Assembly (NCBI RefSeq): GCF_009914755.1
Contig: NC_060925.1
Length of the DNA stretch: 64,000 bases
Source of the DNA: the human T2T-CHM13v2.0 reference genome, Homo sapiens
Reading direction: 5' to 3' (one strand)
In this document: in pieces, positions 55,374 through 64,000 of the stretch
Numbering within the stretch: the first letter of the stretch is position 1
How the letters are laid out: each line of letters opens with the position of its first letter
Made by a program: the position numbers and the translations under genes
The notes under the pieces: model-generated
Database searches by the model: none
What the model saw: only the letters and a program-made list of their open reading frames with translations
Told to the model about the DNA's origin: nothing

Positions 55374-55842
55374 GAAACACTCTGTTCTGAAGCATTTCAG
55401 ATGAGGGACACTCGACCGTAGAATGATCTGTTTACGGATGAGGTTCAGAGTTACTCACTCCTGGCTCAGGGTCACAGCTCATGAGTGACAGAGCAGGATT
55501 TGACCCCAGCTGTTCCTTACTCAGGAGACTTACAGTATGGCTGAAGCACCTGGAACATCTCAGAGGCCCATGGTCAGGTGGGGCTGATGGGACACGTTCA
55601 TCCTCCTCACCATACAGCTAGAACCTCATTTCCACCTGAGGAAAGCCGCCGCCCCAAGGTGGGCAGTGACTTGCCCAAGGTCACTCAGCTGTCCACTGGC
55701 ACAGCAGCTCAGCCCAGGGACTCTTCACTCCATGCCATGACCTCTGCCAGGAAAGGGAAGGTTTGGGGATTAAGGAGGCTGCAAGAAAGGGAGAAGTCTT
55801 TTCCATCCCCTGAGGTGAGCAGGGTCAAAACCCTAACAGAAG

Positions 55843-56150
55843 GTCGGACGCAGTGGCTCACGCCTATAATCCCAGCACTTTGGGAGGCTGAGGCAGGAGG
55901 ATCACTTCAGCCCAGGAGGTTGAGATCATCCTGGCCAACATGGTGAAACCCCGTCTCTACGAAAAAAAAAAAATACAAAAATTAGCTGGGTATGGTGATG
56001 TGCGCCTGTAGTTCCAGCTACTTGGGAGGCTGAGGTGGGAGGATGACTGAGCCCAGGAGGTTGAGGCTGTAGTGAGCTGAGATCATGACACTGTACTCCA
56101 GCCTGGACAACAGAGTGAGACTCTGTCTCCAAAACAAACAAACAAACAAA
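55843..56150 (+). mobile_element. AluJ-like with (CAAA)n tail
   Basis: Alu consensus. Confidence 0.9.
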
Positions 56151-58236
56151 CCAACAATAATAACAGAAGAGGTTTGGCATCTGGGGTACTTAATTGGAAT
56201 AAACAGAAGAGACCGAGGACATCTGAGTTCCATACCTCCCCTCCTGCCACCATCCTTCACTGCTGGGCCCTGCTGTCTTGATATTCCTGATCGAAGATGA
56301 TCACTCCAGGAAGCCCATTGGTGGGAGAGGGGGATCATCATAACCACAGCAGCACTTACTGAGCATTTCAGGTGCTGGGCACTCCAAAGTGCTTTCCATG
56401 TATGAGACCATTTAACACGCAGGACAATCCTATGAGGTGACTACTACTGTCATCTTTATTTTCCATATGAGAACATAAGGGAGCCCAGAGAGGGTGAGTA
56501 ACCTGCCCGGGGCCACAGAGCTGCCAAGAGTTGGAGCCAGGATCCAAGCCATGCTGTGTTCTGGACCATCTCAACAGCAACCGTTCAACGCCTACTGTGT
56601 GCCGGGCCAGATGCAGGGCACAGGAGGCAGGCTGCTCCCAGGGGTGCCACTGCCAAGCACTGCCTCAATGGCGCTTTCACTACTTTAGAAGTGTGATGAT
56701 AATCACAGGTTTTAATTATTCTCCAACTCAAATACTCACAGAGCACGCATTCGGTACCAGCATCCAGGAAACCACTGATCACATCACCGCTAATCCTTGC
56801 AGCCACCTGCTACGTGGCTGTTAATACAATCATCCCCATTTTGCAGACGAGGATACTGAAGGGACAGAAGCTGCCTTGCCAAGGCCACAAAGCACTGGAT
56901 GGGCTCACCGAGGTGGCCAGCAGGACATTCCAGGCCAAAGGCACTGCCCCAGCCACTGGTTGGAGGAGTTCAAGAGCAGAGAATGTCTAAGGAATGGTGG
57001 GAAATGCCAGCCCTCGACCCAGGGCAAGCTGTGCCCATCCAAGGGCTGGGCAGACTAGGAAAAGCATTGTGTGCTTTTGATATTTTGAAAATTAAACCAT
57101 CAGGTAGCCTGAGAAGAGTCCAAAACCACCCAGGATCACTGCAGGGGACACGGTAGTAACCAATTCCGGCCCACAAGCCCCCTGATGTCAGACGGGCTGA
57201 GCTGGAGTCATGTCTGGGCTTGGCACAAGAAATAAGGAACAGAAGTGAACTCTTATAAGCCTACTACATGCCTGGGCTGGCTATTAATCTGTATCCTGCC
57301 TGTTTCCAAAGAGAACTGAGGATACTGATGGTAAAGTTGATTGAGAAAAAAACAGGAAGTCAGGGTTAAAGGAGGAAAGAGACAGTCAGTTGGGAGGCCT
57401 GGTGTTCACCAGCTCAAGGCCTCGGACAAGTTTTCCTTAATTTCCATGGGCCTCAGTTGTTTAATCTGTGAAATGGGGGTGGTAACCCCTACATCATAGG
57501 TTGCTGAGAGGCTGAGTAAAATAATCCACATGAAAAGTAAATGGCAGTCATTGTCACCAGCTGCCATCCCTGGGCCCACCTATAAAGGCCACACTTTATG
57601 GTGATTGTCCTGAGGCTGGCCGTGATAAATATCGATTGACAAGGAAGGGCTCACATGATTAGTTCATTCATTCCCTAAATGTTTGCCAAGGGCTTACCAG
57701 GTGCCAGACACAGTTCCAGGGCCTGGGAACATACTGTAAGGCAGACAAGTGTATAAAGGGAAAAAACAAGCTACAATAAAGTATGGGCAGATGAGCTTGT
57801 TTCTATGAGGTTTTTTTTAAAAGCATATCTATTCATGGAAAGTTAAAGGACATGAATCAAAATGTTAACAGTGGGTACCTCTGTGTGGTACAATTCCAGG
57901 TGATTTTTCTATTTTTTTGCCTTATCTGTACTTTTCACAGTTGACATGTATTAAACTAAAAGAAAACATGTATCAAGGGTATTTTTTAAAACTAGCAGAG
58001 ATTCCTGGCACTCAAGGCAAAAAAGAAAACACTAAGAAGCATCTCCTATACCCGTTCCTCAAAAGCAGCGGTTTTTCTCAGGACTAGAGTTTTACACGTA
58101 GGACACTGAGGGATGTCACTGAAAATGCCCTGCGACTGTTTCTCCATAAATGCAGACATGGCATGTCACGGGTGTGCTCTAAATGTTCACTGAGTAAATG
58201 AACAAGTGATCAAACATCAAAGCTGTTCCTCTAGAG

Positions 58237-58475
58237 CACTGGCTCTCAACCGGAGGTGACTTTTGTCCCCCAGGTAACATCTGACAATGTCTGGGAACTT
58301 GTGTTTCCTGTCAGGGCCAGGGTTTTTTTCGTAATTGTCAGGGCCGGGGGTGCCCCTGACATGCAGCGGGTAAAGGCCAGAGACGCTGCTAAACATTCTA
58401 CAGTGCACAGGACAGACTCCACAGCAACCAAAATGTAGCCCCAAATGCGAATAGTGGTGAGGTTGAGAAATCCTG
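58237..58475. mobile_element. MER20 hAT MITE
   Basis: cactggctctcaacc...gctgctaaacattctacagtgcacaggacag...ggttgagaaatcctg, flanked by ctctagag and tctaggg target-like sequence. Confidence 0.8.
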
Positions 58476-59749
58476 TCTAGGGCATGCGGCCAGCTGCTGT
58501 ATCAAAGGGGTAACTTGAGCCCAGGGAACCAGCTGCAAAATGCTCTTTCTCTTTCCCCTCTCAATTCAGGAGGCCTCATAATTCAGAGCATAAATCTGGA
58601 TTTAGACCAAATGTAATTTCAGTCATATATCTCTGATGGCAGATCGTTTCCCATGATAATACAGGAATGAGACAGTACTTACCGGCTCGGTGTTAGGCCC
58701 ATGGTGCTTGATTGCTTGATAATCATTATTGTTATCATGGGCTTATCTTTTAGAATATGGATTGCTTTCTACTAGATATTGGAGGGTTTTCCTATGCATT
58801 TCTCCCCTATTAAGCCGAAAACTCCTCAAAGGCCCCACCCCATGTAAATTCCCTGGGTACCCCTCATCTCTAGGGTGTTTGGCAGAGCACCAGCTCACAG
58901 TAGGCACTCAGTAAACACAGGACTCTATAAGCTCCATCTTCCTGAGTCTCAGAGTGCAGGGAAGGCCTGCAAACGGGATCACACAGGGAGTATGGCAAGT
59001 GTGGCCCCAGTCTCAGCCTAGAAGAGGAACCCCTCTGTCCCATGTCCTCTTCCTGCGCCCTTTCCTATCCCCTCTTCACCCACAGAGGACACACAGCAGT
59101 GTTGCAACTCACTTGTGCTCAGAGCACCACCATGCCATCCCTTGGGGGAAGGGAGAGGGCCACTGATTAACTCAGAAAGGGCACAGCTCATCAGGAAAGA
59201 CACTGCCACTAACAGCCCCAGGGGTCAAGCAAACAAACCTCAAATGGGAGGGGGGGCTGATCCACAGGTGGGCAGCCCCACCAGACTAGGAACCCCTCTG
59301 GGGCAGGGTCTGTGTCCCACCTACCTCTCCAAACCTAGCTCCGAGCTGGAGGGGCTCTGAGAATATTTGTCATTGAGTGGGCAAGGGTCCAGGCACCTGG
59401 CTCCACAATGTCAGGTTTGCAAATCGGGATTTGAAGGGCAGGTCCACCCCTGAACTGCTCCTGGGTTTCTTCATTATTTGGAATAATGACCTGCCTCACA
59501 GGAGTGAGAAGTTTAAATAGAGGTGATAATGATGATGATCGTGGCAATAATAATAACCGGGCGCTGCCTTTGTGCTGGGCACTGTTCAGTGCACTCCCCA
59601 TGTATTAACTCATTTAATCCTCATAAGACACCTGCCAATTGCCCGGCCAGCATTTGGTTCATTATAAGCACTCTATAAATATGATTATTCCACCTACAAG
59701 AAGAAAGGAATCCTTTTTTCTGTCCAACATTTAACTTGAAAAAAAAAAA

Positions 59750-61030
59750 AAAAAACGGGCGGCGGGGTGTGTGGGGAGCGGAAAAGAGAGAGGTAGAAAT
59801 CCTGGTAGAAGGAGAGGACTCGGGGAATCCGGGGCGGGATGGGGACACTGAACGTGAGACGAGGGTGGGGAAGTGAGATGTGTGGTGTGCTAAAAATAGA
59901 AGGGCCCCTCAGGGGAAGCCAGCAAATTGCGAAGATCCAGTATTAGGAGTGAGGTGAGTGACTACAGAGGCTACTTTCCGAGCGTGGGAACCGGCAGGGC
60001 CACCGAGGCACCCTACTCGGTCGCAGGATTCGGGAAGAGGGGTCCCCTCGCTAAAGGAAGGTGACTACCTGAGGGAGGAGGCTAAGGGATCTCAGTGGGA
60101 GAAAGGCCTGGGTGGGGGTCGGAGGGGAGCCCCTGAGGAACCCGGCGTTGACCGAGGCAGCTTGGGGGTCCGGCAGGGAGGGAGTGCGGCGCGGGGGACG
60201 CCCAGTGACTCTCAGGCTCCCGGGCCCCAGGCGCGCGCTCGGGCCGCCCCGGGCCCCGTGCTCACTCACCCGGCCCCGGTCCAGGGGCGGGACAGCAGGG
60301 CGCGGCGGAGCGCGGGCGCCGGCAGCAGCATCTCGGGTTAGAAGCGGGGCTGTTCGCTGGATCGTCCGCCCGGGCGCGGCGAGAATGCACAACCCCGTCC
60401 AGAGCGCACCACCTCGATCCTCGGGGGGAAACGGATCACCCCGGCTGTCCTCCGAGCTCGGGATCAGCCAAAGTCCCACTATATTTAGCTTCGGCTAATA
60501 AAAAATATTTCTAGTGCCATAACGGGGGCATTACACAACACAGGACAAGGGAACCCGAAAGCGAAGTCCTGAAATGCATGCGTTTTCCCCTCCTCTCTTT
60601 ATGGTATGACCCGGGAGAGAGGGCGTGAACTCTGTCGACCAGTCAGAGTGACACACCAAAGCTTCTGAACCAATCAGCGGGGCGGTCCTGCGGCAGCCTT
60701 CCAAAGCGGAGCAGAGAGGGGCTGAATAGAGCCAATGAGATAACCGAAATGGGACACGTGCTGAAGCGGGGCAGAAGGACTCGCTGCGTCCGGCCCTCTG
60801 GCGTGCGCCCCGGGTTCGATGGGAGTCCGACTGACTTCTCTCGGGCTGCCGGTGGCTTGTACAAGGCTGGAAACCTGTCCGCTACCAGACTCCTCGACCC
60901 CGCAGGGCCACAGCGCGGCCAGCCCCCTGCTTCTTCCCGGGGGCTGCGGCCCCTGGAATGAGCCTGCCTTCCAGCTTCTTGGCCAGGACCCAGCCGCTCT
61001 CCACCTACCCTCCAGGCGCGGGGCCGGCCA
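59750..61030. promoter_or_regulatory. ALDH4A1 CpG-island promoter with CCAAT boxes (60670-60674, 60732-60736) and GC box (60679-60685)
   Basis: Dense CpG and high GC around exon 1, with motifs aaCCAATcagcGGGGCGG and agCCAATgag. Confidence 0.85.
60270..60331 (-). CDS. ALDH4A1: ALDH4A1 exon 1 (mitochondrial transit peptide)
   Basis: ATG at 60331, MLLPAPALRRALLSRPWTGAG (Arg-rich, no acidic residues). Donor GG|gtgagt, 62 nt, inside a CpG island. Confidence 0.97.
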
Positions 61031-62107
61031 GCTTCTTAGCTTCCTTGCAGATTACGATCAATGCAAGATAAAACCTGAGCTGGCCAACGCTTAGCTTTTC
61101 ATTTAAAGCCTTTGGCCGCAAAACCAGTTGTTCCTGAGCCTTTTACCCCCAAGTAAAAATTTCAGCTTTCTTTGCAAAATGTTGTGTGCTTGGTAAACAC
61201 TAGAATGCTATTTAAAACTTGGATTCTGAAGTCTTCTCTGATGACGAGGTCTCAGGGACCCAATCTATTCCTAAAGTAATGTTACGTTTCCTTACTCTCT
61301 GTTCTAATTTGTTTATATTTCTTCCAGCAGCATGAACCGCGCACCTGCTTAGGAGTCAGTTCCCATGCTGATTTTGGTTCCTCAAGCAGGGCACTAGGCA
61401 GACTACATATCCTTTCCGGGCCTCAGTTTCCTCATCTGTAAAACGGAAGTAATAGTACCCAACTCACAAAGCCCCCGTGATCTTAAGCCACTTATTTTTC
61501 TCCAGATTACACCATTTGAGGTACTTTGGGAGAATGTAAACATTTAAATGAAGAGTAGGAGAGGGAGATTACCTAAGTGCCAAGTATTAGGAATGGCAAA
61601 AAGCAAATTGGAATTGGTGGCGGCTATTTGTCTTCACCTTTGGAGAAAACCCTAGACAGGTGGGCTCAGTTCACATTTGGGCAATGTTGCCCTGAACATG
61701 CCCATTGACAAGAAAAACTAGAACATTGGTTACTGTCAAATCCAGAGCCTGGGAAGGTGACCTCCTGTGGGCACGTTGGAGAGCCTGGAAAAATGGGGGC
61801 TTTGTGGTTAAAAGGACATCAGTTCCAAACCAGGCCAAGCCAGTTACTGAGCCTGTGATGTCTCATGTCCTCTCTTCCCCTTCAGTAAAATGTGTGTAAT
61901 GATTCCTGCTTTGTCATCTTCCAAAGCTTTTATTGTGAGCTACAAATGTAACAGGTGATATGAAATCCCCTATTTTATGGCTAATTAACTAATGAGTTTG
62001 AGGGTTTCTGTGGCCTTCCGTCCTCCTACCCCTCCCCCAACACCAGATTCATCTTCTGTTTAAAAACAAAAACAAAAAAAAGCACCATCAGTTCTAAGAC
62101 ATTTCAC

Positions 62108-62113
62108 TTTATT
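62108..62113 (-). terminator. IFFO2: Polyadenylation signal AATAAA of the upstream gene (IFFO2)
   Basis: tttatt on +. Downstream element UUUUUUUUGUUUUUGUUUUU at 62062-62081 on -. Confidence 0.78.
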
Positions 62114-63494
62114 TAAAAGAAGCCAATATACAGGATATAAAGGGCATGATATTTACAACAGTACAGTAAACAGGTTGGTTTCCGGTAGGATCAGTAGTCT
62201 TTCCATGAGTATAAATCCCCCCCTTCCCTGTGATGCTAGACCCAGCTGGCAGACAACAGCAACGGTGGGGCAGGATCATGGGGTATAAAGTCTCCCTGGG
62301 TGGGGCTAAAAATCAGGTAGATGCAAAAACATCCACAAGGGGTCTTGCAGGGAAGGGCTTTGCCTCATTTCTTTGAGGGCTTGGGAGGGAAGGGTCTTGG
62401 TGAGGGATTTGCTCAGAACTAACACACAGCCCACCCTGAGCCTGGAAATCATCCATTCATAGAAAATTCCCTTCCAGAGAGAATCTGGCTTTACCTGCAC
62501 CCACCCAGTCCCCTCCAGACTCCCCACTCCAGGAGAGAGCTCTTCTAGAGCCAGAGCTTGGTGTCTCAAGGGGGAAGACCCCTGTCCTAGGAAACCCCCA
62601 GCACCCTGATCCCTCCCCCCAGGGCCCTGGGGGGAACATAGCAAGGACTGCAGCCCAGGCTTGGCCTGGAGTAGACACAGCCGGGGCTGGGCTATGAGCA
62701 TCTTAAGCCATTTCCACTTCTGCTCCAGCTGCCTGACCACCTGGGACCCGCAAAGGCCCAGGCTCCAAGGAAGTCGTGTGCTCCCACTGTCACCCATGCT
62801 CTGCTGCCTCCCAACCCTCTCCCAACGCAACTGGGTTGGAAATGGATCTCGGCAGACCAGAGTCAGAGTAACTAATTAATCAGAGCCTATCCCCAGAGCC
62901 CAGCTTGTTCCCTCCCTAATGCGCCTTGTCCCTTCCCCCACCCACCACATTTCTGAATTTCCTGCAGCCCACCCACCCCCTCAGATCCCCACCCCAAGAC
63001 TTCCAAGGAGCTGAGGGGTCAGAGGAGAGGAGAATGGGGTGAAGTGGGACCTACACTCTGCTGAAGCTGCTCATGGGTGTGGATGACCAAAAGTGAGGAC
63101 AGAAGACGAGGCCAGGGGACAGGAATGGGTTCCATTCAATCCAGCAACAACATGCACCATGTCTCGTCCACAGGAAAATGCTGGGCTACCACAACTGCCT
63201 ACCCTAGATTAAAAAACCCTTCCTTTCATAAAAATAGATGAGAGTCTCTTGCTTTATAAATAGATTACATTTAGCTTAAGTTACATCTTATATTCTCCCC
63301 CACCCCACCCCCTCTCCTCCCACTCCAAGCTTAAGTGGTTTAATTCTCCCTAGGTCATCTGAGCTCTACCCACAGAGTTAGTCCACGATGGATTTGGCCC
63401 TTCAGGGACCTCAAGACATTTTCTCAAGACGAGAAAGAAAAATGTGTTGATTTGCCAATAATTTTTTTCTCTGTTCGGAGTCTCAGAGGAGTGC

Positions 63495-63496
<2 letters not shown>

Positions 63497-63528
<32 letters not shown>
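63497..63528. repeat. (GT)16 microsatellite in the IFFO2 3' UTR
   Basis: Read directly from sequence. Confidence 0.95.
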
Positions 63529-63530
<2 letters not shown>

Positions 63531-64000
63531 TTCACAACCAACCAGGGAGCCAAAAGGATGCTAGTCTTCCTATCCCTCCCCAATCCTCTGTTTGTATAAA
63601 ACCCCCAAAAACAGGAGACAGAGGGCAGCGCAGGAGAGCCCATCTGAGAAAATTCTAAAATACCAGTGTCAATATGACACTGGGCTTAGAAATAGAAAGT
63701 CAAAATTAAGTATTTACAGCTTTACAAAGGATGGACCAATTCGTCCCAGCTAGGACTGGTGCTGCCCCAGCGAGCGTTGGGGTCTTTCTTGGCAAGCTGT
63801 GGGCTCATGGTGAGGGGACAAGCAGGGCCCACTGACATTAACTGAAAAAAGCATGTGGTGGAGAGGCAGGCAGGCAGGCAGGCAGGCCGGACCCAGGAAC
63901 CAGCCCAGGAGGCAGGCCCATCACACTCTGGCTTTCCCTCTCCTACCCACCTGCCCCAAGTCCTCACTCCCAAGAGGAGAGCAGATATTAAAAGCCAGCC

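Larger units (their letters stand above)
62090..64000 (-). other. IFFO2: IFFO2 distal 3' UTR (gene continues right of the window)
   Basis: No interspersed repeats and no credible ORF. Ends in AATAAA plus a U/GU-rich element on the - strand. The gene identity rests on known synteny, not on coding sequence in the window. Confidence 0.72.

Overview
Human genomic DNA, recognisable as the 1p36.13 TAS1R2-ALDH4A1-IFFO2 region. Three protein-coding genes lie head-to-tail on the minus strand. TAS1R2 (sweet taste receptor subunit) has exons 1-4 here, with exons 5-6 left of the window; this haplotype reads Cys9/Ile191/Arg317/Val486. ALDH4A1 (mitochondrial P5C dehydrogenase) is complete: 15 coding exons, all GT-AG, summing to 1692 nt = 563 aa. 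The distal 3' UTR and poly(A) site of IFFO2 end about 1.8 kb upstream of the ALDH4A1 ATG. ALDH4A1 hosts MIR4695, which fills an 80-nt intron, and MIR1290, which lies in a Tigger4a MITE palindrome. The rest is Alu, MIR, L2, L1, LTR and DNA-transposon sequence plus simple repeats. The most unusual features read directly from sequence are a MER1A hAT element at the exact junction of a ~205-bp tandem duplication, a ~330-bp duplication upstream of TAS1R2, paired near-octamer (POU) motifs in the TAS1R2 promoter, a possible intronic-polyadenylation route to a 7TM-less TAS1R2, and phase compatibility for ALDH4A1-to-TAS1R2 read-through splicing. I found no convincing new protein-coding system. Almost all listed ORFs are shadows of exons or repeats. 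Repeat family names come from recalled consensus sequences, and repeat boundaries are approximate.
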